From NCBI GenBank assembly GCA_041752695.1, contig JBGSVZ010000092.1, positions 32,001 through 96,000 on the forward strand: a DNA stretch of 64,000 nucleotides. The letters are read 5' to 3'. This document shows, piece by piece, positions 17,630 to 26,701 of this stretch. The DNA is from Terrimicrobiaceae bacterium (GTDB lineage Bacteria > Verrucomicrobiota > Verrucomicrobiia > Chthoniobacterales > Terrimicrobiaceae). Made by a program: the position numbers and the translations under genes. The first letter of the stretch is position 1. Every line of letters starts with the position of its first letter. The notes beneath the pieces were generated by a model. It was not told the origin of the DNA, ran no database searches, and saw nothing but the letters and a program-made list of their open reading frames with translations.

Positions 17630-19033
17630 ATGAAGTTACCTCCTGTTCTTGCCATTGATCTCGGCACCTCCTCCGTCCGGGCCGGGTTGTTTGATGTCCG
17701 CGGTAAACGTGTTCCGGGCACGGTTGCGCAGCGGATTTACACCTTAAAAACTGGGAGGGACGGCAAGGCGGAACTCGATCCGTTTGATGTCCTGCGTCAG
17801 ACAAAAGCCTGTATCAAGGAGGCGACAACCGGCTGGCATACGATATCGGCGGTCGGGATGTCGTGTTTCTGGCACAGTCTGCTGGGCACGGATGCGGAGG
17901 GGAATCCGCTCACGCCCATTTACACGTGGGCCGATTCCCGCTGCCGCGAGGACGCAGCACGGCTGCGGGAGGAACTGGGTGAGCGGGAAGTTCATGCCGA
18001 GACCGGGTGTATGATTCGGAGTTCGTTCTGGCCGGCGAAGCTGCGGTGGTTGCAGCGCACCGACCGATCGAGGTTCCGTCGGGTGCATTATTGGATGTCT
18101 CCCGGCGAATGGGTGCAGTGGCGGCTGGCGGGTAAATCGCGCTGCGCCTTTGGCATGGCCACGGGGACTGGGTTGTTTGATCCGACGAAGCTCGCTTGGA
18201 GCCCTCGGTTGCTCGAGGCCTGCAACTTTTCCGCGGACCGCATGCTTTCGGTCGGCGACGAGCCGGCCGACTGGCGAGGGGTGCCTTGGTTTCCCGCCAT
18301 TGGCGACGGTGCGGCCAGCAACCTTGGGTCAGGCGCGGTAGATGCCGGTCGCGGCGCGATTAATGTCGGCACCAGCGCCGCATTACGCATCATGCGTGTG
18401 GGCCCGGTCGCCAAGGCCCCCTTCGGTCTTTTTGCCTATCGCGTGGACGCCCAGCGTTATCTGGTTGGGGGGGCCGTCAGCAACGCCGGAAATCTCCATG
18501 CCTGGTGTTTGCGTGAGCTGCGTCTTCCGGACAACTCTGCCGCCATCGAGAAAGCACTTTCCGACCGTCCTGGCCCCAGCCACGGCCTGACCGTGCTCCC
18601 CTTTTGGACGGCCGAACGCGCCCCTACATGGGATGAAACGGCGATGGGGGCCATCGTCGGCCTGCGTCAGAGCACCTCCTCGTTGGACCTCCTCCAGGCC
18701 ATCACGGAAGGTTTTTATCACCGTCTTGGCATGATTGCCGAAATGCTGGCGGGCGATGCCCAACCGAAATGGATCGTGGCCGGTGGCATCCTAAAATCGA
18801 AATCTGCACTCCGGCGCCTGGCCAACGTGATGGGCCGCGCCGTTTATGCGAATCCCGAACCCGAAGCCTCTCTGCGCGGTGCGGCTGTCTTTGCGTTGGA
18901 GAAGCTGGGTCTATCCATCGCTGAGATGAAGTACGGGTTGCCCACCGCACCGAATCCCGCCATCCATCGACTCTACAAAACCGACCGAACGCGCCAAGTC
19001 AGGGCGGAAGAGGTGCTGTCGACTCTGGGCTGA
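17630..19033 (+). CDS. gntK: FGGY-family carbohydrate kinase, gluconokinase-like
   Basis: LAIDLGTSSVRA, TWADSR, GDGAASNLGSGA, GGAVSNAGN and ERAP motifs. Substrate is inferred. Confidence 0.75.
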   Translation: MKLPPVLAIDLGTSSVRAGLFDVRGKRVPGTVAQRIYTLKTGRDGKAELDPFDVLRQTKACIKEATTGWHTISAVGMSCFWHSLLGTDAEGNPLTPIYTWADSRCREDAARLREELGEREVHAETGCMIRSSFWPAKLRWLQRTDRSRFRRVHYWMSPGEWVQWRLAGKSRCAFGMATGTGLFDPTKLAWSPRLLEACNFSADRMLSVGDEPADWRGVPWFPAIGDGAASNLGSGAVDAGRGAINVGTSAALRIMRVGPVAKAPFGLFAYRVDAQRYLVGGAVSNAGNLHAWCLRELRLPDNSAAIEKALSDRPGPSHGLTVLPFWTAERAPTWDETAMGAIVGLRQSTSSLDLLQAITEGFYHRLGMIAEMLAGDAQPKWIVAGGILKSKSALRRLANVMGRAVYANPEPEASLRGAAVFALEKLGLSIAEMKYGLPTAPNPAIHRLYKTDRTRQVRAEEVLSTLG

Positions 19034-19039
19034 CGGTTC

Positions 19040-19762
19040 TCAGGAATCGGCTCGCCGTGCAACATACACCGTGCTCGACGACTCGCCGTCTTGCAGGGGG
19101 TTTTCGAAACTAACAGTTTCAGCGCGGGGCTCCGTGAAGACCTCCGCCAGCGAGGCCAGAAATTCCGCATCCGCCCCACCATCCGACCACATGGCAAACA
19201 CGCCTCCTGGCCGTAGCAAGGCTGCCATGCGAGCCAGACCTTCGGTCTCGTAAAATGCGGCATGGCTCGGGTGCAGGAGAAAGCGTGGCGTGTGATCGAT
19301 GTCGAGCAGGATGGCGTGGAATGTTTGATCCGGTTCCTCCGGATCGAGCGTCCCGGCCCGCACTTGCGCGAAAAAATCCGCGTGCACCATCCGGCAGCGG
19401 GCGTCGGCGGATAGTCCGGCGCCGAGCGGGACGAGTCCGGCCCGGTGCCATCCGATCACTTCTGCCAGCGCATCAATTACGACCAGCGAACGAACGCGCG
19501 AATCCTCCAAAGCGGCGCGCGCGGTGTAGCCGAGCCCGAGTCCGCCGACGGCCACAACGAGCTCATCGCCGTCGCAGGCCGCGAGCCCGAGCCGGGCGAC
19601 GGCCACCTCGGCATTGTGAAACAAACTCGACATGAGGTATTCGCCGCCCAGTTTCACCTCGTAAACCTCCCGGTCGTCCAACATCGCCACGCGCCGCCGT
19701 TGCAGCGTCAGCGGGCCAAGCGGGGTTTCCCGATAATCCAGCTCTTCAAAATTCCGGCTCAT
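19040..19762 (-). CDS. Spermidine synthase-like SAM-dependent methyltransferase
   Basis: VGGLGLGYT SAM-binding motif, ILLDIDH, LRPGGVFAMWS. Confidence 0.8.
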   Translation of the reverse strand: MSRNFEELDYRETPLGPLTLQRRRVAMLDDREVYEVKLGGEYLMSSLFHNAEVAVARLGLAACDGDELVVAVGGLGLGYTARAALEDSRVRSLVVIDALAEVIGWHRAGLVPLGAGLSADARCRMVHADFFAQVRAGTLDPEEPDQTFHAILLDIDHTPRFLLHPSHAAFYETEGLARMAALLRPGGVFAMWSDGGADAEFLASLAEVFTEPRAETVSFENPLQDGESSSTVYVARRADS

Positions 19763-19810
19763 GCCTCGAGTATTTCCGTTCGCCACGATTGCGCCGAACT
19801 ATATCTTAGC

Positions 19811-20230
19811 TCAGGTCGTTTTTGCGCGGGGAAACTCGGCCAGCGCGCCGCCGCCAAGGCAGATAAACTCCGAATCGTGCAGGTGCAGCCGCCACGACTC
19901 GTAGCCGCTGGAAAGTTGCAGAAATTGTACTACGCGGTCGCCGCTGAAATGAATCCCAAGGTCGCCGGTTCTGGCGTCGTAGGTCGCAAGGGTGATGCTC
20001 TCCCCTTGCAGGGCCGCCGTGACGACTTCCTCCGCGTCGATGGGAGATGACTGACCAAAGTGCTCCTGATCGTCCATCGAGGAAATGAGGATTCCCTGCA
20101 ATGTCACGACCCGCCAGGGTTCCTCGGTAAAAATGGCATCCCCGCCGCTCAAAAGGAACGACCAAGAGGTCCCTTCGTTTCGCACAAGGGTGAGCGACTG
20201 ACCAACCAACTCGGTAGGGTCGAAGTTCAT
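19811..20230 (-). CDS. Hypothetical protein (DUF6188-like)
   Basis: ORF from MNFDPTELVGQ with TGDLGIHF and SSGYESW; family call from memory. Confidence 0.55.
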   Translation of the reverse strand: MNFDPTELVGQSLTLVRNEGTSWSFLLSGGDAIFTEEPWRVVTLQGILISSMDDQEHFGQSSPIDAEEVVTAALQGESITLATYDARTGDLGIHFSGDRVVQFLQLSSGYESWRLHLHDSEFICLGGGALAEFPRAKTT

Positions 20231-20362
20231 CCTGACTAAAACCATCACCCCATTTTTGATTTCAGCAAGAGGGGATTTTTTCGTCTCATCGGTGGAAGGC
20301 TGTTGCTGACAATGAGGCCTGACAAATTCGCGGTTTGGGGCGATGGTCGGAAAGTTCCTGCT

Positions 20363-20758
20363 ATGAAACTTTATCTCCTCCTCGGCTTGTTGCTCACGTC
20401 CCTCGTGGGCGCGGTGGCCCAATCGGGATCTTTGGTGATTGGGTCTGGCGGGCAACTTGTGATCGGGGGCGCGGAAAAATTCGGAGGCATTGGAGCCGCA
20501 GTGAACAAGGATGCTGCGACGCAGGCGTTTTATGTGGCGGCCCTTCTCCCTGGTTACGGTGCGGCAAAATCGGGGATGCTGCCGAATGATGCGATCCTGG
20601 AAGTGAACGGTGTGCCCGTTGTGGGGATGGAATTGAAGGAGGTAATCATGCTGATCCGCGGTCCGGCGGGTTCTGCCGTGGAGGTGGTGGTGGGCCGGGA
20701 CCCCAGTGCGCCTCCTCTGCGATTCCTGATCGTGCGCGAGGAGATCAAGAGCCCCTGA
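20363..20758 (+). CDS. Small secreted PDZ-domain protein
   Basis: Signal peptide MKLYLLLGLLL; FGGIGA...AAKSGMLPNDAILEVNG...IRGPAGS, a Prc/CtpA-type PDZ. Confidence 0.75.
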   Translation: MKLYLLLGLLLTSLVGAVAQSGSLVIGSGGQLVIGGAEKFGGIGAAVNKDAATQAFYVAALLPGYGAAKSGMLPNDAILEVNGVPVVGMELKEVIMLIRGPAGSAVEVVVGRDPSAPPLRFLIVREEIKSP

Positions 20759-20761
20759 TCT

Positions 20762-21502
20762 CTAGCTAATCAGGAGGAGCCTGCGCTCCATTCCAGGCAG
20801 AGTGAGAGGGGCTCGGTGAATACAGGGAAGAACAGGACTTCCGGGGTATTCGGTGGCGATCCGCCAGAGGTTGCCGACGCCAAATGAATAGGGTTGAGCC
20901 TCAGGCAGAGGGGCGTAGTGAAGATCGAAATAGTGGTCGTTTAGAAATTCGCAAAACGCCTCATCGTCCGCACCGCCACAAACGCGGAGTAGTCTGGCTC
21001 GGGTTTCGGGGAGATCCACGTGTCGCACGGCCTGGGCGTTAGGCAGTCCCTCGCTTGGAGCGCCATGATAGGTGCAAAGCCAAGTGTCCGCTTCCACGGT
21101 GGCGCTGTCGACATGGAAGGAAGACACATCGGTGCGCAATGGGGAGGGATCCTCCGCGGGGGGAGAGGGGGCCACGCAGTCCAGCGAAGGGGAAAGCCCC
21201 AACGCTCGCAACAATCGCTGGTCTTCGAGAAGAATAGCGAGAGCCACGCGGCCCGCTGCGCTGAGGGGCAGGCGGGCGACCTCGTCGAGGTCGAGGGTGT
21301 TGATGCCGGGGTGCACCTCCAATTGGGTGACGATCTCCGCGAAATTCCCTGTCAGCACGCGCGGCCAGCAGAAGGCGTTGATTCCGTGGGCAAATGGCGT
21401 CGTCGCCAGTTCCTGAAAACTCCCGACGATTTGGATGGTGTGGGGGGTGGGGGGAAATATGCGGGGCATGAAGTTGGCCGAAGGCCAAGGTCGTCCGTCC
21501 AT
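20762..21502 (-). CDS. DUF1826-like protein (HxD...H, possible metal-binding cupin fold)
   Basis: SFHVDS, LCTYHG and IHRAP motifs. Start may be 21469. Confidence 0.6.
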   Translation of the reverse strand: MDGRPWPSANFMPRIFPPTPHTIQIVGSFQELATTPFAHGINAFCWPRVLTGNFAEIVTQLEVHPGINTLDLDEVARLPLSAAGRVALAILLEDQRLLRALGLSPSLDCVAPSPPAEDPSPLRTDVSSFHVDSATVEADTWLCTYHGAPSEGLPNAQAVRHVDLPETRARLLRVCGGADDEAFCEFLNDHYFDLHYAPLPEAQPYSFGVGNLWRIATEYPGSPVLPCIHRAPLTLPGMERRLLLIS

Positions 21503-21513
21503 TTGTCGATCTT

Positions 21514-24500
21514 TCAGGGTGCGGGCGCCAATTCCGGTGTGGGCGAATTTTTATCCTGCCCGGACTTCGCCTTGCGCCGTCCGGTGAGGCGTTCGAGGTA
21601 GAGGTAGATGATGGGGGTGATGTAGAGCGTGACGAGTTGCGAGATGAGGAGGCCGCCGACCACGGAGAGACCGAGGGGCTGCCGAACGTCGCCGCCCGCG
21701 CCCAGGCCGAGGGCGATGGGGAGGGTGCCCATGGTGGCGGCCATGGTGGTCATCATGATGGGGCGGAAACGCACAAGGCAGGCGTCGAAGATGGCGCGTT
21801 CGGGCGGTAGGTTATCGTTGCGTTGAGCCTCGAGGGCAAAGTCGATCATCATAATGGCGTTCTTTTTCACAATGCCGATGAGCATCAGGAGGCCGACGAA
21901 CCCGTAGACGTTGAGTTCCATGCCAAAGACCAGCAGCGTCAGGAGCGCACCGAAGCCGGCGGAGGGAAGGCCGGAAAGAATGGTAAGGGGGTGGATGAAA
22001 CTTTCGTAGAGAATGCCCAGGATGATGTAGATGACAACGATGGCCATGAGGAGCAGGAAGCCGAGGTTGCCAAGGGAGGCTTGGAAGGCCTGGGCGGTTC
22101 CTTGAAACTGCGAGCCGATTTGTTCGCCGATCTCGGTGGCAGCGAGGGCATTAATTTTCGGAACGACGTCGCTCAGCGAAGTGCCTTTGGCGAGATCAAA
22201 GGACAGGGTGACGGCGGGAAGCTGGCCGAGGTGTTGGACGGTGAGGGGGCCGACCTGGGTTTTGAATTTCGCCACGGCGTCAAGAGCGACGAGGCGGCCG
22301 GTGGTGGAGGAGCGAACGTAGAGGCGGGAAAGATCGGCGGCTTCGCGTTTAAAGTCTTCGTTGGCTTCGATGATGACTCTGTATTGATTGTTGGGGGTGT
22401 AGATCGTGGAGATCTGCCGCTGGCCATAGGCGGCACCAAGAGTGCGCTCGATCTGGGCGGCGGTGACGCCGAGGGTGGAGGCTTTGTCGCGGTTGATATC
22501 AACAAGCACCTGGGGGTTGGAAATCTGCAGGTCGGTGGTGACATCAATAATGCCGGGGGTGCCGCGCATCTTTTCCTCCATGGTGGAGGCGGCGGAGTAG
22601 AGCTCGTCAAGGTTCGGACCGAAGAGGGTGAATTGGTAAAGGCTTTTGGTTTGCATGCCACCGATCCGAATGGTGGGCGGGTTCTGCGGGAAAACCTTTA
22701 GTCCTGGGATGCCGGAGAGGTCGCGGCGGAGCTGGCGGACAATGTCTTCGATGGGCGGGCGTTCGCTGCGTGGTTTCAGGGTGAGGAAGAGGCGGCCGGT
22801 GTTTCCTCCGGAAGAGCCCTGTCCGCCGCCGATGCGGGACATAAAGGCTTCGACGTTGGGGTTCTTGCCGACGATGGCGGCGGCTTGTTGCTGGAGTTCC
22901 ATCAGTTTCTCAAAGGAGACTCCCTGTTCGGCCTCGGTGGAAATCATGATGCGGCTGGTATCTTCGTTGGGCAGGAATCCTTTCGGCACGATGGTGAAAA
23001 GCCAGACGGTGGCGGCGGCCATCAGGATGGCAATCACGCTGACGATGAGGTGATAACGCAGGGCGAGACGGAGAGTTTTTTCGTACCCCTTCAGAACGCC
23101 GTCGAAGACCGCTTCCGACCAGCGGAAAAGAATGTTGTTGCTGGCGCTGTGGGCCTGCTTGAGAAAGCGGCTGCAGAGCATCGGGGTGAGTGAGAGCGAG
23201 ATGAAACCCGAGAGCAAAATCGCGACGGCGATGGTAACGGCGAATTCGTTGAGGAGCCGGCCGAGGATCCCGCCCATAAACAGCACGGGGATGAAAACTG
23301 CGGCGAGGGAGAGGGTCATCGACAGGATGGTAAACCCGATCTCGCGCCCGCCCTTCAGCGCGGCCTCCATCGGCGTGTCGCCATTTTCGATGTAGCGCAC
23401 GATGTTTTCGAGGACGACGATCGCATCGTCCACCACAAAACCCACGGCGAGAATGAGGGCCATGAGGGAGAAATTGTTCACGCTGAAACCGAGGAGGTAC
23501 ATGACTCCGAAAGTGCCGATGATCGAAAGGGGAATAGCCGCGCTGGGGATGAGAGTGGCGCGGACGTTGCGCAGGAACACAAAGATAACGAGCACAACGA
23601 GAACGATGGCGAGGATGAGAGTAAACTCGACGTCGTGGAGGGACTCGCGGATCGACATCGAACGGTCGTAAAGGATTTCCAGTTTCATCCCGCCGGGGAG
23701 TTGGGCCTGATAGGAGGGAAGGATCTCACGGATGCGGTCGATAACGGCGACGGTGTTCGCGCCGGGCTGGCGCTGAATGGCAAGGACTACGCCGCGGGTG
23801 TTGTTGTACCAGCCGAGGTTTTTTTCGTTTTCGACGCCGTCGAGGACGGTGGCGATCTGCCGGAGGCGGACGGGGAACCCCTCGCGGTAGGAAACGATGA
23901 GCTCGCGGAATTCCTTTGCGTTGGTCAACTGCCCGGTGGCCTCAACCGTGCGGGCTTTTGCGCCGGTGTCGAGTTCGCCGGTGGCGGCATTGGAATTGGC
24001 CTCCTTAATTGCGGTCTCGACCTCGTCGAATCCAATACCGCGGGCCGCGAGTTCGCGGGGATCGACTTTTACGCGGACCGCATATTTTTGGGAGCCGTAG
24101 AGATCGACCTGCGCGACGCCCAGGACGGTGGAAAGCCGTTGGGCGATGAGAGTATCGGCGTATTCGTCGACTTTGCTGTGGGGCAAAGTATCGGAGTAGG
24201 CCGCCAGCATAAGGATGGGCTGTTCCGCGGGGTTGACCTTGCGGAAGGACGGCGGCGCCGGCATGTCGGTGGGCAGATCGCGCTGCGCTTGGGAAATGGC
24301 GGCCTGCACGTCCTGTGCGGCGGCGTCGATGTCCCGGGAGAGATCGAATTGGATGGTGATGGTGGACGACCCGAGCGAACTGGTGGAGGTCATCGACTCA
24401 ATCCCGCCAATGGTGGAAAACTCTTTTTCCAGCGGCAGGGCCACAGCGGAGGCCATGGTTTCGGGGCTCGCTCCCGGGAGGCCGGCGGAGACGGTGATGG

Positions 24501-24624
24501 TGGGGAAATCCACGCTCGGTAGATCGCTGACGGGCAGGCGGGAATACGCCAGGAGGCCGAACCCAAGGATGCTTAGCATCACGAGGGTCGTCATGATCGG
24601 TCGGCGGACGAAGAGGTCAGTCAT
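21514..24624 (-). CDS. RND efflux permease (AcrB/MdtB-C family)
   Basis: 1036 aa; GFVVDDAIVVLENI, GIVKKNAIMMIDFA, RFRPIMMTT. Confidence 0.95.
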   Translation of the reverse strand: MTDLFVRRPIMTTLVMLSILGFGLLAYSRLPVSDLPSVDFPTITVSAGLPGASPETMASAVALPLEKEFSTIGGIESMTSTSSLGSSTITIQFDLSRDIDAAAQDVQAAISQAQRDLPTDMPAPPSFRKVNPAEQPILMLAAYSDTLPHSKVDEYADTLIAQRLSTVLGVAQVDLYGSQKYAVRVKVDPRELAARGIGFDEVETAIKEANSNAATGELDTGAKARTVEATGQLTNAKEFRELIVSYREGFPVRLRQIATVLDGVENEKNLGWYNNTRGVVLAIQRQPGANTVAVIDRIREILPSYQAQLPGGMKLEILYDRSMSIRESLHDVEFTLILAIVLVVLVIFVFLRNVRATLIPSAAIPLSIIGTFGVMYLLGFSVNNFSLMALILAVGFVVDDAIVVLENIVRYIENGDTPMEAALKGGREIGFTILSMTLSLAAVFIPVLFMGGILGRLLNEFAVTIAVAILLSGFISLSLTPMLCSRFLKQAHSASNNILFRWSEAVFDGVLKGYEKTLRLALRYHLIVSVIAILMAAATVWLFTIVPKGFLPNEDTSRIMISTEAEQGVSFEKLMELQQQAAAIVGKNPNVEAFMSRIGGGQGSSGGNTGRLFLTLKPRSERPPIEDIVRQLRRDLSGIPGLKVFPQNPPTIRIGGMQTKSLYQFTLFGPNLDELYSAASTMEEKMRGTPGIIDVTTDLQISNPQVLVDINRDKASTLGVTAAQIERTLGAAYGQRQISTIYTPNNQYRVIIEANEDFKREAADLSRLYVRSSTTGRLVALDAVAKFKTQVGPLTVQHLGQLPAVTLSFDLAKGTSLSDVVPKINALAATEIGEQIGSQFQGTAQAFQASLGNLGFLLLMAIVVIYIILGILYESFIHPLTILSGLPSAGFGALLTLLVFGMELNVYGFVGLLMLIGIVKKNAIMMIDFALEAQRNDNLPPERAIFDACLVRFRPIMMTTMAATMGTLPIALGLGAGGDVRQPLGLSVVGGLLISQLVTLYITPIIYLYLERLTGRRKAKSGQDKNSPTPELAPAP

Positions 24625-24635
24625 GGGTGAAGAAA

Positions 24636-24667
24636 GACGCGGGGACGCGGAGAGGGAGAGACGGGGG
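24636..24667. repeat. Degenerate 8-mer tandem repeat
   Basis: GACGCGGG GACGCGGA GAGGGAGA GACGGGGG between the MFP and RND genes. Confidence 0.5.
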
Positions 24668-24730
24668 GAGGCTGGAGTTTGACGCTCTTGGACACTTTTC
24701 CGCGCCGTCGCGGTTCCGGCTCTCGGCGTT

Positions 24731-25822
24731 TCATCGAGCCTCCCTCACCGTCACCTTGCCGCCGGAATTGACGCGGAGTTGGCCCGTGGTAATGACACGT
24801 TCGCCAGGCTCCAACCCGGATTTGATAATGGAAAGGCCGCCGACGGATCGCTCGATCTCGACCTTGCGTAATTTGGCGATGTCTCCTTCCACCACAAAAA
24901 CCTGCGAGCCCTTCTGACCTTCCGTAACGGCGGTGGAGGGGACGACAATCGCGTTGGGCTCTTCCGCGAGCCGGACGTTCACATCGACAAACTGTCCCGG
25001 CCACAGAGCCTCGTCGGCGTTGGGAAAGGTGGCTTTGAACGTAATCATGCCCGACGCACGATCCACCGCATTGTCGATAAACGTGAGTTCTCCCCTGCCA
25101 AGCTCCCGACCGCTGTCGGGTTCGTAGGCGGTGACGGTCGGTTTGGATTTGTCCATCCACTGGCGGACATCGGCAAGGGAATTTTCAGGCAGCGAAAACG
25201 CCACATAGATGGGTTGCATTTGATTGATCACGGCAAGGGTATCTACGTTCGGTTGGGCGATATTGCCGGCTTTGAGCAGGGCCGCCCCGGCGCGCCCGGA
25301 GATGGGAGCGGTCACGCGGGTCCATTCGAGCGAAAGCCGGGCCCCGTCCAAATCGGCCTGGCGGGCGGCGAGTTCGGATTTCTGGGATTCGGCGGTGGAA
25401 AGGAATTGCGAGGTTTGTTCCTTGGACGCGACACCGCGTTTGATGAGGGTGGTGTAGCGCTCGGCCTGCTCAGCGGCGTTTTCAGCGGTGGTCTGCGCGA
25501 TGGCGAGATTGGCTTGGGCGCGTTTGTGGGCGGCGTCGAAGGTGCGCGGATCAATGCTGAAAAGCGGGTCGCCAGCCTTGACTTGGGCGCCATCCGCAAA
25601 ATGGACGTCGAGGATTTCACCTTGAACCTTGGATTTGATCTGCACGCTGGCGATGGGTTCGACCGCGCCGATGGACTTGATCTCGACGGGCATGGCTCGG
25701 GTTTCCACGAGAGCTACTTCCACCGGGGCGGGAGGCGCACCCCCAGTCTGGGGGGCGGGCGCTTTTTTACAGGCCCCCATCAGGGAGACCAGGGCGAGGG
25801 CAACAGGCAGGGATGATTTCAT
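24731..25822 (-). CDS. RND periplasmic adaptor (membrane fusion lipoprotein)
   Basis: Lipobox-like MGAC; LFSIDPR, TAPISGRAG, FIDNAVD, LWPGQFV. Confidence 0.93.
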   Translation of the reverse strand: MKSSLPVALALVSLMGACKKAPAPQTGGAPPAPVEVALVETRAMPVEIKSIGAVEPIASVQIKSKVQGEILDVHFADGAQVKAGDPLFSIDPRTFDAAHKRAQANLAIAQTTAENAAEQAERYTTLIKRGVASKEQTSQFLSTAESQKSELAARQADLDGARLSLEWTRVTAPISGRAGAALLKAGNIAQPNVDTLAVINQMQPIYVAFSLPENSLADVRQWMDKSKPTVTAYEPDSGRELGRGELTFIDNAVDRASGMITFKATFPNADEALWPGQFVDVNVRLAEEPNAIVVPSTAVTEGQKGSQVFVVEGDIAKLRKVEIERSVGGLSIIKSGLEPGERVITTGQLRVNSGGKVTVREAR

Positions 25823-26451
25823 ATGCGGGAAGCTCCGTGGAGAAAACAGTCGGCGGCAAAATCCGCCGAGTCGGTGAGACGGCTAGGAGATTGGTCGCGA
25901 ATGCCCTGACGGATGATTTGCAGGGTCACTCCCAGGAACGCAACGGCGAAAAGACGGGTGTCGCCGGGTTGCAGTTCGCCACTCTCCTGACCGCGGCCTA
26001 CACAGTCTTCGATCAGAACGAGGATGCGACGTTTCAGGTCTTCCAGTTCGGTCCAATGGCGGGAGTGGAGTGGTGAGCTTTGCACCTGATGCTGATGCAG
26101 AAAGATCTCGAAAAAATGGCGGTTGGCATCATGGAAGGCGAATTGCGAATGCACGGCCGCCCTTAAGCATGCGGAAGCGGACTCCCGGGACGTCAGCGCC
26201 GCCTCGAAGTTGGTGGTGATCTGCTGCATTTTTTCCAAGATCACACTGCCGTAGAGATCCGATTTGTCGGCGAAATAAAGGTAGAGGGTGCCCACGGCGA
26301 GGTCGGCCTGACGAGCAATCTCCGCCAGGGAGGCCTTGTGATAGCCCTCCGCGCTAAACGCCCGCTCGGCCGCCGCGAGAATGCGCTGCCGACGGCCGTC
26401 CTTTTCCAGACGGCGGGAGGAATGGCGTTCGATTGGTGAATCCGTGTTCAT
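25819..26451 (-). CDS. TetR/AcrR family regulator
   Basis: RILAAAERAFSAEGYHKASLAEIARQADLAVGTLYLYFADK HTH; ATGA overlap with the MFP gene. Confidence 0.93.
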   Translation of the reverse strand: MNTDSPIERHSSRRLEKDGRRQRILAAAERAFSAEGYHKASLAEIARQADLAVGTLYLYFADKSDLYGSVILEKMQQITTNFEAALTSRESASACLRAAVHSQFAFHDANRHFFEIFLHQHQVQSSPLHSRHWTELEDLKRRILVLIEDCVGRGQESGELQPGDTRLFAVAFLGVTLQIIRQGIRDQSPSRLTDSADFAADCFLHGASRI

Positions 26452-26470
26452 GAAATGAATCTCTGTTCAT
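26437..26470. promoter_or_regulatory. Tandem palindromic TetR operator overlapping the tetR start
   Basis: TGAATCCGTGTTCA (26437-26450) and TGAATCTCTGTTCA (26456-26469), each TGAA-N6-TTCA, 19 bp apart. Confidence 0.65.
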
Positions 26471-26536
26471 ATAACGTCCCTTCGGAGGGAAAAGTCGTAC
26501 GGTTTTTCAGAATTCTGCGCCGTTATGTGTGCCGGG

Positions 26537-26678
26537 TGTGTGCCATTGTCACAGTTTTCGAACGCCTGGTGCGCCACAGTGGCTCAGACTGAGGGTGGGA
26601 GGAATCGTTTGTTTTTACATAAGCTGTTATCAATCAATAGGATGCGTGGCGTCAGGCGCGCTGGGAACGCATCATGCT
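26537..26678 (+). promoter_or_regulatory. Candidate sigma-54 promoter with two upstream activator sites for dnaK-groES-groEL
   Basis: GG-N10-GC (GGAACGCATCATGCT, 26664-26678); 17-bp imperfect palindromes at 26537-26553 and 26570-26586; AT-rich tract between. Confidence 0.45.
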
Positions 26679-26701
26679 TCTAAGCTGTGAGCTAATTTAT
26701 T

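Noticed and set aside
26452..26701. CIRCE/HrcA operator upstream of the chaperones
   Set aside because: TTAGCACTC-N9-GAGTGCTAA is absent here and before groES.
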